From contig JBMNJT010000002.1 of assembly GCA_050951805.1 (NCBI GenBank), forward strand, positions 288,001-352,000: DNA of 64,000 nucleotides. Direction: 5' to 3'. The notes beneath the pieces are model-generated. The model was given only the letters and a program-made list of their open reading frames with translations, was not told where the DNA came from and did no database searches. This stretch comes from Bacillota bacterium. GTDB taxonomy: Bacteria > Bacillota > DTU025. This document shows positions 1 to 11,500 of this stretch, in pieces; the first letter of the stretch is position 1, and each line of letters begins with the position of its first letter. Both the position numbers and the translations under genes were made by a program.

Positions 1-317
1 CCACCGACATGTCAGCTAACCTTGCCCGAGCCGCACAGCCAACCACGTGACTCCAGAAAACCTCGCATCCACGACCTATAAGAAGTCTATCTATTATCCT
101 CTCCAAATCCAATCTCCCGACGCATCCTCTCGGGCATCTCCTCGATCATGAAACACGCCGCCCATATGCCTACCAGTCATGTATGGGCTCACGCTTGGAG
201 GTTTTCGCTATCTCGCAGTTGCGCTCCTTCACCATCATTTCGGCCACAGGCCACACATTCGCCTTCACCTTCGGCTGCAGACCACAGTCGCTGGCCCGAA
301 AACAAGCGCCACATCGA

Positions 318-458
318 CTCTGACCGTGCACTACATTGGGCAGAAAGTATGGGCAAGAACACTCTGGGAGGGCAGAAAGTATGGGCAAGAACACTCTGGG
401 AGCATGATTTCGCTGTTCGCTATCGATCAGCCATTCCTCTCTGACCGTGCACTACATT
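318..458. repeat. 20-bp direct repeat (CTCTGACCGTGCACTACATT) flanking the tandem duplication
   Basis: Identical copies at 318-337 and 439-458. Confidence 0.9.
338..401. repeat. Perfect tandem duplication of a 32-bp unit (GGGCAGAAAGTATGGGCAAGAACACTCTGGGA x2)
   Basis: Identical units at 338-369 and 370-401, read directly from the sequence. Confidence 0.95.
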
Positions 459-781
459 TGGTTCAGTTCGTCCCCGAGCATTCTCAAGATATACGCGAGG
501 AATCTTTGTGCCTCTCGAGCTCGCGTAATCTGTCAAAACAGATCCTCGAGCCAGTTATCACTCACGGCATCTGCCAGATCATTGTGGATTGCCGTTAGGG
601 CCTTCAGTTGTCCGTCGCTCACCTTCCATTGGGTCACGGTGACGACATCCGCTGCCACCTGAAACGTGAAGCGGGAGTCTCTGTCTGACGTAAGATAATC
701 ATCCACCTAGCTAGATGAAAATGAGCTTTCCCAAGGTGGAGAGGGGATGTCAGCCTACAGAAGGCTGCTTGCAGTGCACCG

Positions 782-833
782 AAAAAGCCTGGTATCCGTC
801 GGGTATCTACACCGATTCGGAAACCAGGCTTTT
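782..833 (-). terminator. Probable intrinsic terminator of the gcv operon, possibly bidirectional
   Basis: AAAAGCCTGGT (783-793) pairs with ACCAGGCTTTT (823-833), with further inner pairing and A/T runs on both sides; about 110 bp past the gcvPB stop. Confidence 0.7.
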
Positions 834-940
834 GCTTCCTCATGTCCATGCAACGCTTCGGGTTTCATGGCCGACTACAGCCTATACTTATCACCCGCAA
901 TTCACAAGCCCTGCATGGTGGGACAGTGCTGTTAGTTTTG

Positions 941-2410
941 CTACTCTTCCTCCGCCGTATACCTGAGGATCGGCTTTCTTGCCGCGGTCGTCTCGTCGAG
1001 CCTTCCGACCGGTGTATCATGCGGCGCTTCGCGGACGACGTCGGGATCATCCTTCGCTTCTTTGGCGATCCTGATCATCGCGTCGATGAAGGAGTCAAGC
1101 GTCTCCTTGCTCTCAGTTTCGGTGGGTTCTATCATTAGCGCCTCATCTACAATCAACGGGAAGTAGACTGTGGGCGCGTGGAACCCGAAGTCCAGCAGGC
1201 GCTTGGCGATATCCAAGGTCTTCACGTCAGCCGATTTCTTCTGGCGCGATCCTGACAGCACGCACTCGTGCATGCACGCGCGATCATACGGAAGATCGTA
1301 ATACGGTTGAAGCTTCCGCATGATGTAGTTGGCGTTGAGCACTGCGTACTCGCTCGCTGCACGCAGGCCGTCAGGCCCCATCGACCGAATGTAGGCCCAT
1401 GTTTTCACCATGACGCCGAAGTTGCCGTTGAATGAATGGACTCGGCCGATCGACTGTGGTCTGTCGCTATCCCAGAAGAACTTGCCCGTTGCCTCATTGA
1501 ACCTTACTACCGGTGCGGGCAGGAATGGGCTGAGGAACTTCTTGACGCCCACAGGCCCTGATCCCGGTCCGCCTCCGCCGTGCGGCGTGGAGAAGGTCTT
1601 GTGGAGGTTGAGGTGGATAACGTCGAATCCTATGTCGCCCGGGCGGGATTTGCCCATGATGGCGTTGGCGTTGGCACCGTCGTAATAGAGCAATGCGCCT
1701 GCGCCGTGTACTATCTCGGCGATCTCTCCGATGTGCTCGTCAAAGAGGCCTAAGGTATTTGGGTTGGTCAACATCAATGCTGCAACATCGGGGCCGGCCT
1801 TGGCCTTGAGATCCTCTATATCCACGTTGCCCCTGTCGTCCGATTTGACCTGGACGATCTTCATGCCGGCGCTTGCCGCGCTCGCAGGGTTGGTGCCGTG
1901 GGCGGAGTCGGGAACCAAGACCTTTGTCCGCTTGTCATTACGCGACTCGTGATAGGCGTTGATGATGAAGAGCCCGGTGATCTCGCCGTGCGCACCGGCT
2001 GCCGGCTGCAGGGTGAAATTGTCCATCCCGCATATCTCGCACAGGTATTCTTCGAGGGTGTACAAGAGCTCCATAGCTCCCTGAACCGTCGATTCATCCT
2101 GATCGGGATGGATTGCTGCAAAGCCTGGCCTTCGCGCGGCGTCCTCGTTCACTTTGGGGTTATACTTCATCGTACACGAACCGAGTGGATAGAAACCTGT
2201 ATCCACCGCGTGGTTGAGCTGCGAGAGATTGACAAAGTGTCTCACAACGTCAACTTCGCTCACCTCCGGAAGGGCCGGAGGATCCTTGCGAAGGTATTCT
2301 TCCGGGAAGAGTTCAGCAAGTTCACGGGCCGGAACTGCCGGCTCCGGAAGGCTGACCGCGGTCCGCCCGGGTATGCTCAATTCGAATATTAGCGGCTGCG
2401 GGCCTTTCAT
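941..2410 (-). CDS. gcvPB: Glycine dehydrogenase (decarboxylating) P-protein subunit 2
   Basis: Motifs [20 protein letters not shown] and [17 protein letters not shown] (PLP lysine). Start moved to ATG 2410 ([10 protein letters not shown]), which overlaps the gcvPA stop as ATGA. Confidence 0.97.
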   Translation of the reverse strand: MKGPQPLIFELSIPGRTAVSLPEPAVPARELAELFPEEYLRKDPPALPEVSEVDVVRHFVNLSQLNHAVDTGFYPLGSCTMKYNPKVNEDAARRPGFAAIHPDQDESTVQGAMELLYTLEEYLCEICGMDNFTLQPAAGAHGEITGLFIINAYHESRNDKRTKVLVPDSAHGTNPASAASAGMKIVQVKSDDRGNVDIEDLKAKAGPDVAALMLTNPNTLGLFDEHIGEIAEIVHGAGALLYYDGANANAIMGKSRPGDIGFDVIHLNLHKTFSTPHGGGGPGSGPVGVKKFLSPFLPAPVVRFNEATGKFFWDSDRPQSIGRVHSFNGNFGVMVKTWAYIRSMGPDGLRAASEYAVLNANYIMRKLQPYYDLPYDRACMHECVLSGSRQKKSADVKTLDIAKRLLDFGFHAPTVYFPLIVDEALMIEPTETESKETLDSFIDAMIRIAKEAKDDPDVVREAPHDTPVGRLDETTAARKPILRYTAEEE

Positions 2411-3768
2411 GCTAGCACCTCCAGTTCCCGGATTAAGGTGTCGAGCTCTTGGCGGGTTCGGGTTTCCGTTGCTGCCCAGAGCGTGCACCCTGAAAGCTCG
2501 GGATAATCTGCCTCGATCATCTTGCCGCCGATGATTCCTCTTTCCAGCAGTCTGCGGTTACGCTCTGCCGGTGGCCTTCTGCCCCGAACTGCGAATTCGT
2601 TAAAGAAAGGACCGTCGAACGGGAATTCGTATTCAGGGATTTTGGCTATCTTGTCGTGGAGGTAGTGGGCGTTCCAAGTGCACAGCTCCGCGACTTTTCG
2701 AAGCCCGGACGGGCCCATGAGGCTCAGATATATCGTAGCTGCAAGGGCGCATAAGGCTTCATTTGAGCAGATGTTGCTCGTTGCGCTTTCGCGCCTTATG
2801 TGCTGTTCGCGTGCTTGCAGTGTTAGGACATAACCGCGACGTCCTTGATCGTCATGAGTCTGGCCCACAAGGCGTCCCGGCATCTTCCGCATCAGCTTCG
2901 AGGTGGTTGCGAAGAATCCAAGCAGCGGTCCGCCGAAACTGATGGGATTTCCCAGTGGCTGCCCTTCTCCTAGGGCTATATCGGCGCCGTAGCTTCCGGG
3001 CGGGGCCAGGATTCCTAAGGATATCGGGTTTACAACCGCCACAAACAGAGCCCGTGACCGGTGCGTAGCTTCGGATAGGGCGGCCATGTCCTCTACTATT
3101 CCAAAGTAATTTGGAGACTGGACGATGAAGCAGGCTGCATCGTCCAGAAGGTCCTTTGGAACGCTTTCTGGAGGCGTAGCGCCGCTTTGGGTGTCGTAAT
3201 CAACGGTCACAATCTCGATGCCGCGGGGGTGCGCATATGTGCGCAGAACCTGGCGGTATCTGGGGTTTATGGCCCTGCTTACTACGACCTTGTTGCGGCG
3301 GGTGGCTCCGCACGACATCACAGCAGCTTCTGCCACGGCTGTTCCGGCATCATACAGCGATGCGTTGGCTACGTCCATCTCGGTCAACTCGCAGATCATC
3401 GTCTGGTACTCGAAGATCGCCTGGAGCGTACCCTGGCTCACTTCTGCCTGATACGGGGTGTAAGCCGTGTAGAACTCCCCACGGGTGAGCATGTGCCGGA
3501 CTACACTGGGCACGAAGTGCTCATACAGGCCGCCGCCGAGGTATGAAGTGTATTGCATGGAATGGGCACACTTGGCAGCGACCCTGTTCAGCTCTGCCGA
3601 AAGCTCGGGCTCGGAAAGAGCTTTTGGCAGGCTCAAAGGCTCTGTTAGCCTGAATTCAGGCGGAATAACCGAAAACAAGTCGTCTATGCTGGAAACTCCG
3701 ATATCGGCCAGCATATCGGCGACATTTTGGTCGGTATTTGGAATGTACCTGTGCGGCGAGCCCATCAC
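2407..3768 (-). CDS. gcvPA: Glycine dehydrogenase P-protein subunit 1
   Basis: Motifs [22 protein letters not shown] and [18 protein letters not shown]; position in the gcv operon. Confidence 0.97.
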   Translation of the reverse strand: MMGSPHRYIPNTDQNVADMLADIGVSSIDDLFSVIPPEFRLTEPLSLPKALSEPELSAELNRVAAKCAHSMQYTSYLGGGLYEHFVPSVVRHMLTRGEFYTAYTPYQAEVSQGTLQAIFEYQTMICELTEMDVANASLYDAGTAVAEAAVMSCGATRRNKVVVSRAINPRYRQVLRTYAHPRGIEIVTVDYDTQSGATPPESVPKDLLDDAACFIVQSPNYFGIVEDMAALSEATHRSRALFVAVVNPISLGILAPPGSYGADIALGEGQPLGNPISFGGPLLGFFATTSKLMRKMPGRLVGQTHDDQGRRGYVLTLQAREQHIRRESATSNICSNEALCALAATIYLSLMGPSGLRKVAELCTWNAHYLHDKIAKIPEYEFPFDGPFFNEFAVRGRRPPAERNRRLLERGIIGGKMIEADYPELSGCTLWAATETRTRQELDTLIRELEVLA

Positions 3769-4148
3769 TGCTCCTCCTCTTTTAGGTACTCCTCATACTC
3801 TTCTTCATCCATTAGGTCGTCTAGCTCAGTCACATCGTCTACGTCGATGCGCACTATCCAGCCGTTGCCCATCGGATCTTCATTCACGAGACCGGGTTCA
3901 TCTTCAAGCGCGTCATTTACCTCGGTGACTGTTCCGCCGATAGGGGCGAATATGTCTGCTGCTGCCTTGACCGACTCAGCAACTGCCAGATTATCGCCCT
4001 GGGCGAATGTGTCTCCGACTGCGGGCAATTCGACGTATATCACGTCTCCAAGCTCCTCCGCTGCGTGTTCAGTTATACCGATTGTAGCGATGTTGCCTTC
4101 AAGTTCTACCCACTCATGGTCGCTGGTGAATCTCATTTTGCTGCTCAT
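3765..4148 (-). CDS. gcvH: Glycine cleavage system H protein
   Basis: Motifs DHEWV, GITEHA, lipoyl-lysine motif ESVKAAAD, and VNEDPMGNGW. Confidence 0.97.
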   Translation of the reverse strand: MSSKMRFTSDHEWVELEGNIATIGITEHAAEELGDVIYVELPAVGDTFAQGDNLAVAESVKAAADIFAPIGGTVTEVNDALEDEPGLVNEDPMGNGWIVRIDVDDVTELDDLMDEEEYEEYLKEEEQ

Positions 4149-4155
4149 ATCCCCC

Positions 4156-5265
4156 TTACTCCTTCCTGTAAGACTTCTGATAAAATGGCGTCTTTACCAC
4201 TTTTACCGGGCACGCTTTCCCTCTTATGTCTATGTCGAGTTCAGTGCCGATTTCGGTGAACTCCATAGCCACCAGAGCTAGTGCAAGCCCTTTGTTCATA
4301 GTCGGCGAAAATGCGCCTGACGTCAAGTACCCGACCTGTTTGCCGTCTGACATAACTGCGTAGCCTTCGCGCGGCACTCCGCGACCCATGAGCTCCAGAC
4401 CAACAATCTTCCGCGTCAACCCTTTTTCCTTCTGAGCGGCCAGGGCGTCTTTTCCGATGAAGTCGGGTTTCTTCAGTTTAACGAAGAAGCCTAGGCCCGC
4501 TTCGAGCGGGGTGATTTCGGGTGATAGCTCATGGCCGTAAAGGGGAAGAGCCACTTCGAACCTGAGGGTGTCTCGTGCGCCGAGGCCGGCGGGGACAATG
4601 CCCTCATCCTTGCCTTCTGCCAAAAGGGTGTCCCAAATGTGGCGGGCATCCTCAGGCCGACAGTAGATCTCGAATCCATCCTCTCCTGTATATCCTGTCC
4701 TTGATACGAGGGCCTTGCGTCCGGCGATCTCCACGTCGGGCAGGCACCAGAAGAACTTGATGGATGAAAGATCGCAAGGCGTTGTCTTCTGTAGTATTCT
4801 CTGGGCAGCGGGGCCCTGGATTGCTATCTGGGCTACTTGCGGGGATATGTTTTCCACCGTAACATCATAACCCGAGACGTTTCTTTTCACCCAATCGAAG
4901 TCCTTGTCAGTATTTGCGGCGTTTACAACGAGCCAATAATCGTCCTCGCAAAGCTTGTAGACCAAAATGTCATCCACTACCCCGCCATCCGGATAGCACA
5001 TAGGGCTGTAGACGAGCTGATGGATTTTGGCTTTGGAACAATCATTGGTGACCAGGTGGTCGATTGCGGCCTGAGCCTGGGGGCCCTTTATGTGTATCTC
5101 GCCCATGTGCGACACATCGAAAAGCCCGGCTCGTTCGCGCACTGCCCGGTGTTCATCCAAGATGCCACTGTACTGAACGGGCAGCGCCCAACCGCCGAAA
5201 TCAATTATCTTTCCGCCCAGCGATTCGTGGGCCTCGAATAGTGGGGTCTTGCGCAGTTCTGACAT
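4156..5265 (-). CDS. gcvT: Glycine cleavage system T protein (aminomethyltransferase)
   Basis: Motifs LRKTPL, GLFDVSHMG, SRTGYTGEDGFE and GLGARDTLR. Start moved to ATG 5265, after a GGAGGTG RBS. Confidence 0.97.
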   Translation of the reverse strand: MSELRKTPLFEAHESLGGKIIDFGGWALPVQYSGILDEHRAVRERAGLFDVSHMGEIHIKGPQAQAAIDHLVTNDCSKAKIHQLVYSPMCYPDGGVVDDILVYKLCEDDYWLVVNAANTDKDFDWVKRNVSGYDVTVENISPQVAQIAIQGPAAQRILQKTTPCDLSSIKFFWCLPDVEIAGRKALVSRTGYTGEDGFEIYCRPEDARHIWDTLLAEGKDEGIVPAGLGARDTLRFEVALPLYGHELSPEITPLEAGLGFFVKLKKPDFIGKDALAAQKEKGLTRKIVGLELMGRGVPREGYAVMSDGKQVGYLTSGAFSPTMNKGLALALVAMEFTEIGTELDIDIRGKACPVKVVKTPFYQKSYRKE

Positions 5266-5532
5266 TACTCCACCTCCTGCCAGATAAGTATTATGCGCCA
5301 ATTGAAGGAATGCTTGCGCCCAGCTGACGGCTATCCCAATGGCGCTGGCATATTCATGCTTGGTATTCATCACTTGCGGGCAAACTCCTTCTAGTCGAGT
5401 CGTCGGGCTGAGTCCGTTCGGACGCGCACTGGCCCGGCGGCAGGAACAGCTGCTCGGAAAAGCGAACTATACTCGGACTGCTGCTGTATTTTTCCCAATG
5501 GCGGCAGCCATGATTTAGGGAGGATTAATGGA

Positions 5533-6906
5533 ATGTACGATGTTGTGATAATTGGGGGCGGCCCCGGAGGATATGTCTGCGCAATCAGAGCGGCGCAGAA
5601 CGGCCTTTCTGTTGCTCTTGTCGAAAAAGACAAGCTCGGAGGGACTTGCCTCAACCGAGGCTGCATTCCAACTAAAGCCTTGGCCCATACGGCCGAAGTA
5701 ATGGATTCGGCACAGCGCGCGTCAGAATTGGGTCTGGTCATTCCTGAAGTGGGCGTCGACTTTCCGCGAGTTATGGCCAAAAAGGAAAAGGTCGTCGCCA
5801 AATTGCGCGGCGGGGTCAATCTCCTTATCAAGAGGCGCAAGGTGGATTTCGTGAGCGGCGTGGGGACGCTGGCTGGAACGCGAGCGGTTGAGGTTGCGGC
5901 TCCCGACGGTTCAGTATCGCGGCTTGAAGCGAGGAATATCGTTATCGCGACCGGATCAGAACCTATTACGCCCCGCATTTTCGGGTATGACGGCGTCAAC
6001 GTGCTTACTAGTGAGGATGTCCTCAAGCTTTCGGCTCTTCCGAAGAGTCTCCTTATTATAGGGGCGGGAGTCATAGGATGCGAATTTGCGAGCATCTTCC
6101 GGACTTTCGGGTGCGATGTGACTTTAGTCGATATCATGCCAAACATACTTCCCATGGTCGACGATGATGTTGCCGATGTGGTTCGCAAATCCTTCAAGAA
6201 GCGTGGCATCGATATACATACCGGTACGAAGATAGCCTCTGTCAATATCGTGAACGGGCAGGTTGAAGCGACCACTGAAGACGGAAGCGTTTTCCGGGCT
6301 GAAAAGGCTATTCTGTCGATTGGCAGGCGTCCGTCTACAGGCGGGGTGGGTGCTCCTGATGTCGGGATCGACGTGGGACCTGCTGGAGAGATCATAGTCG
6401 ACTCCAAGATGAGGACGAACGTGCCGGGCGTATGGGCCATTGGGGATGTCTCAAACAAAGCTCAGCTGGCACATGTGGCGTCTGCTCAGGGATTGGTGGT
6501 TGCTGCGAATATCGCCGGGGAGAAGTGCAATATGGAATACTTCGCGGTCCCCAATTGCATCTTTACGTCGCCGGAGGTTGCGGCTGTCGGAGTGTCGGAG
6601 CGGGGGGCGCAGGAAGCATGTATTGACTATAAAGTAGGCAAATTCCCGTTTGTCGCATCTGGCAAGGCAATGGCCATGGGCGAGACTGATGGTTTTGTCA
6701 AAGTCATCTCAGATGGGTCTGGCCGAGTCATTGGCGGACAGATTGTGGGGCCCCATGCATCTGACCTCATTGCCGAGCTGGCGCTTGCAGTCTCAAGACA
6801 GCTGACATTAGAGGATATTGCCAGCACCATACATGCTCATCCAACGTTGGCTGAGGCGGTCTGCGAGGCAGCCGAGGCGGCAATGGGACGGGCAATTCAT
6901 ATCTGA
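5533..6906 (+). CDS. lpdA: Dihydrolipoamide dehydrogenase (L protein), divergent from gcvT
   Basis: IGGGPGG FAD motif, GGTCLNRGCIP redox disulfide and C-terminal HAHPT; GGGAGG RBS. Confidence 0.95.
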   Translation: MYDVVIIGGGPGGYVCAIRAAQNGLSVALVEKDKLGGTCLNRGCIPTKALAHTAEVMDSAQRASELGLVIPEVGVDFPRVMAKKEKVVAKLRGGVNLLIKRRKVDFVSGVGTLAGTRAVEVAAPDGSVSRLEARNIVIATGSEPITPRIFGYDGVNVLTSEDVLKLSALPKSLLIIGAGVIGCEFASIFRTFGCDVTLVDIMPNILPMVDDDVADVVRKSFKKRGIDIHTGTKIASVNIVNGQVEATTEDGSVFRAEKAILSIGRRPSTGGVGAPDVGIDVGPAGEIIVDSKMRTNVPGVWAIGDVSNKAQLAHVASAQGLVVAANIAGEKCNMEYFAVPNCIFTSPEVAAVGVSERGAQEACIDYKVGKFPFVASGKAMAMGETDGFVKVISDGSGRVIGGQIVGPHASDLIAELALAVSRQLTLEDIASTIHAHPTLAEAVCEAAEAAMGRAIHI

Positions 6907-7244
6907 GCAGGTTATGAGGGAGCATTCGGCGCCATCAGTCGTCTGATATCGGAACTTCGGCCCACGTGAATTTGGGTGTGGCGCAAAGAAAAGTCAATAC
7001 ATGAGTAGTCGTGACAGGTTCTTGCGCGATCCTAAGCCTGCAGTTCGGATCTTGGCTGTCTACTGAAGGCCGTGATTCCTTTTGCATCTTGCTTGGCAGC
7101 CTAGATGCTTCTCGAAGCTTGCTCAGTTAGTATTGTTGCGGGCAGTCGCGGCACGTGGATATAGGGCTAGGAAAACGGGGCTGCAATCTGCATGTGACGG
7201 GGCGCACATCTTAGAGCGCTTTGTGAAAGGAGGCGGGAACGGTC

Positions 7245-7736
7245 ATGAGCAATAGAACACTGGCAGGAATTGCGTTGGTCATCCTGGGAACGCTTCTTCT
7301 CATGTCGAATTTTGGGATAAGGGCGCGATTTCCGGCAGCCAGCTTCTGGCCGCTCCTCTTAGCTTTGGTTGGAGCGATGTTCATCAGGGACGCTCTCAGA
7401 CCAGGCGGCGAAAGGAGCCATGTCTTTGTCGGAGTCATAATACTCGGCATCGGGATCATGTATTTTCTGAAAGCAATAGGGTTGATCAGGATTGGCATGG
7501 GGAAGCTCTGGCCGGTCTACCTGGTAATAGTGGGAATTGCGTTCTTTGCACAGGCGGCTGCGATGAATGTGCCGCATTATTCGGGGACAGGTGCTCTTTT
7601 GTGCGGAGTAGGCATCATTCTCCTCGCTTTCAACTTACGCCTGGTGGACTACGGGATATTCCGCGAGGCGGTGAAATACTGGCCTGTTCTGATAATAGCC
7701 GCGGGAGTTCTCAAACTTGTCGACAGCTACAGATGA
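7245..7736 (+). CDS. Membrane protein with LiaI/LiaF-like (DUF5668-type) transmembrane modules
   Basis: Repeated hydrophobic hairpins, each ending in a WP(L/V) motif; AAAGGAGG RBS. Confidence 0.7.
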   Translation: MSNRTLAGIALVILGTLLLMSNFGIRARFPAASFWPLLLALVGAMFIRDALRPGGERSHVFVGVIILGIGIMYFLKAIGLIRIGMGKLWPVYLVIVGIAFFAQAAAMNVPHYSGTGALLCGVGIILLAFNLRLVDYGIFREAVKYWPVLIIAAGVLKLVDSYR

Positions 7737-8596
7737 TGATATGAGCGGAAGTCTCACAGTGCGCATGTTGATGGCCTGAGACGGAAACGAAATGAATTGC
7801 GCCGACGAGTATGGGCGCAGAGTGTCGTTATAGATCCTAATCCACGCGGGGCGGGGCTTGCATGATCTCTTGTCAGAGATCGGCAGGCCTTGTTTTCATT
7901 ATCCAAGTGTAGCTTTTGACATGACGCCGGTTCTTTTGAGCGAGTATCGATAGGCTTTTCTGCCATTATCCAGTCTGCATTGCTCGTAGCTGGGGCTCTT
8001 GCGGCTCGATTGGGCCAAGATGCTTTTTGCGAGTTGCCCTCAGAGCACAGGGCTTAAGTATATTGTATTGGCAACTGTCGGCTTTATGCGAAATGCATAA
8101 TCTCGAACGACTGCGGTCCAGTAAAGGGTTGAGCGAACCTTGCGATGTCGCAATTTACACGTGGAATAGCATACCGCAGGCCCTCCAGCATGCTTCAGCC
8201 GGAATGTGCTCTTCTTTTGTTGTCATTTCTATGCAGCTTCCTGTACGGATCTACATGGTTCGCGCGATCGGCGTGCTACGATGATCTATGGGAATGCCCG
8301 CCACGGTGGTACACACGACTTTTCTCTGCGAGCCGATGCCGGGTTTGCCATGGTCTGGGTAGGACCCGAAGCGGTCAGTCGCAGGCATTGGAAAAGACCT
8401 TCCAGAGAAGCTATAATGGCGCGCTCCGATCGCCTGTGGAGCCAGCGGCCAAGGACGGCTGAACGGGCGGGATTTGCAACAGATTGTAATGGCCTGCCAG
8501 TTGCCCATTAGAGGATCGTCAATATCAGCGTGCCCAATCGACGGGTCTGCATACGAGGTGGTTCCAGTCGATAGACGGGGCCAGGAGGGTTGATAT

Positions 8597-11500
8597 ATGG
8601 TTGAAGTCCATATTGAGCCATATACGAGGGTTACGGGCGCCGGGTCTGGCGGCAGGGGGCAGACGCGAGCAGGGGGAACGTCCGGGCGGCGTGGGAGGGA
8701 TGCTTCAGAGGCTGGGCCAACTCCTAACCGTGGAAAGCGCAAACCCCGAGGGCCGAATCGACAGACTTCTTCCGCTTTGCCGCAGGGCGCAGATGCTTCG
8801 AAAAGGCCAGGCACGCGCCGACAACCTGCGAAAGAGCGAGCCCGACAGGGAAAATCGTTTCATCAGGGGTTGCCGAAATGGGGGTCCTCATGGAACAGCC
8901 GGGCTGCAAAAGGAGAATTGCGTGATGTGCGAAAACGTGGAATTCAAGATGAGATCGCGGGTGGGCAGTATTCTCCGGGCAGGCTGTGGGGGGGCGTGGC
9001 CATTGGTTTTGTGTGCGGGTCTGCTACCCTGTTTGGTGCCTATGCCCCGTTTGGCATTGTTTGTGTGACCGCAGCGCTTTTTGGATGGGATGTTGCATAT
9101 GCGATGCCCACAATTGCGGGCGCCCTAGCCGGAGCGGCCCTTGGGGCGGGCCCGCAGGCCGCGGTCGGCCTCGCCATATCCGCTGCGTTGCTAGAGGTTC
9201 TCCGGAAGCTCATCTGGCCTCAGCTGTCGCCTGGTTTCCGCCATTCCACAGGTAGCTGGGCCGTGGGCGCGATCGTCCTCTTGTGTTCGTTCATTGGATC
9301 GGCGATAGCCTACGAGGTAAGCGGATCAGGCGTCGACGTGTTAGTCGTCAGCCTTGTCGAGTCCGCCTTGGCCGGGTCGGCAGCGGCCATCGTGGTTCCT
9401 TCGGCAATCGCCTGTGCCGAGACGGGCCAGCTCAAATCGGCGGGCCGACTTGAGTCGGCTGCGCTTCTTGTTGTGGGGGCCGCGGTCTGCGCAGGCCTTG
9501 ATTCATGGTCTTTTGGCGGGTTTTCCCCCGGCGCAGCCGTTGGCCTCTATGCGTCGGCGGTTGTAGGTGCGATAGCGGGCCCGGGCGCAGGTGCGATCGT
9601 GGGAGCATCTTTGGGCGTCGGACTCGGCATCGCCAGAGCCGGACAGGGTATCCTCATTGGCATTTTGACATTGGCCGGGGCCGCCTCGGGCATAGTTGGC
9701 AGGCAGGGACGGGCAGTCACGGCGTTTTCTATATTGATCGCAGCCGCGCTCTCAGGTTACCAGCTTCGAACGACAGGCGAGTTCACAGCCAGAATGGTTG
9801 AAGCGTCAGTTGCTGCGATCGGGTTTCTTCTTACCCCTGATCGGCTTCTTTCAGAGCTTTCGTGGCGCCTTCCTGGCGGTATTGCCCCGTACGATCTTGA
9901 AAGGGAGCGGATGGACGGTGTCTATCACGTGGTTATGGGGAAGCTTTCCGTTTTGGGGCAGACCTTTCGTGAACTTGCAATAGCATATCAAGGCGGGCCT
10001 ATCGGGGATTTTCGCGACACAGATGGCGGTGAAAGGAAGGATGGAAGCGACGCCGATGGGCATGACGGGGCTGGTTCTGCTGCCGATATCGATCTTGCGG
10101 GCGGTTTGGGGCCCGCAGAGATCTGGTCATCTGACGTTCAGGAACTGGATGATCCGTTCGAAGCCGCGAGCTGCGAGAGCCCCGGGATGCGCGCAGTACG
10201 TGCGGCAGCCTTCATTCGGACACAGGCATGTACCGGTTGCCCAAGATACGATGTGTGTTGGCGCGACATGTTCTTCCGAACTTACCGGGACATTGTGGAC
10301 ATGCTTGCAGCTGTGGAGTTATTCGGGGATGGTGGCATTGAATCGCTTCCGGAAGGGCTCAAAAATAGATGCATGCGGACGGAAAAAGTGATTGGAGCCT
10401 CCTTGGTTGCTGCGGGAAGAAGAAGGAGCGCTGCCGTATGGCAGGGACAAAAGGAGCGAAATGGGCAGCAGAAGACGGAAGCGCTTCTCGACAGGTCATC
10501 GACTGTGAGCATCTTGGCATTACAGATGGCCGGTGTGGCCGACGCGATCTCGCGCGTATCTTGTCAAGCGCAGGGGATGGCCAGGTTTGACGAGGAAGCT
10601 GAAAGGTTGATCCGAAGGCGGCTGTCGGCCATGGGCATTGGCGTTGTGGATGTCAGGGTATCCTGGACCGGTCATGGGGGTTTGGAGGTGTACGTGGTCA
10701 AGGCTCCGTGCGCGCAGGACGGAGAGTGCGTCAAAACAGTGGCGCCTGCAGTCGGCGATGCGTTGGGCCGGCCGCTCTCCGTTTGGCAGGCGGATTGCTT
10801 TTGGACTGAAGGAGAAGGTTCGATGACGCTTGGGCCTGAAGGCAAGAGCCGTGTTGGAGCGGCGACAGGGTTGGAAAGCGTTCGTAGGGACCGGCGAGGA
10901 GAGCGCAAGGAGTGCTGTATCAGGCTGTTGCCTGCCCGAAAGTATGATCTTGAGAGCGAAGCTGTAACATTGCCCAGAACTTCGGGCGAGACAAGCGGCG
11001 ATTCCCACGCAGTGATCAACTTGGGAGATGGAAGGATGGCAGCCATAATAGCGGATGGCATGGGGGTTGGGGAAGAGGCTTCAGCAGAGAGCGGCGCAGC
11101 CGTGGCTATGCTGGCGAGGCTCTTGGCAGCCGGCCTTGATTTGGATTTTGCGGTCCAAAGTGTAAATGCGATGATGTTGCTCAGGTCGGAGGATGACACG
11201 TTCACCACTGTTGACCTTGCCGTGGTGGACCTTTACACCGGGCAGGCAGAGATGGTCAAAGCGGGCGCCCCGCCTAGCTTCATAAAACGCGGACACGAGG
11301 TGATAGCCGTAGGAGGCCCCTCTGTGCCGGTTGGGGTTTTGGCGCCCACGAGGGTCATGAGGTACAGGACGAATCTTGAGGAAGGGGACATGCTCATAAT
11401 GGTCACCGACGGGGTGACCGAGGCAAGGCCAGGCCCGTCCGAATCAGGTGTCGAGCTTGTCCGTGTGATGGAGCGCGCAGATTGGGATTTGCCAAGGAAG

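Noticed and set aside
318-458. Mini CRISPR array
   Set aside because: The 32-bp units are adjacent with no spacer, the 20-bp repeat occurs only twice, and no cas genes are present.
5266-5532. Glycine riboswitch upstream of gcvT
   Set aside because: No GGAGA...CCGAAG...CTCTCAGG aptamer core seen on the minus strand.
5391-6458. 355-aa minus-strand ORF
   Set aside because: Antisense shadow of lpdA with no recognisable motifs; such shadows are common in GC-rich coding DNA.
7737-8596. tRNA genes or Spo0A boxes upstream of spoIIE
   Set aside because: No T-loop or cloverleaf found. Only degenerate TGTCG-like matches are present and no perfect TGNCGAA, which is too weak to call.
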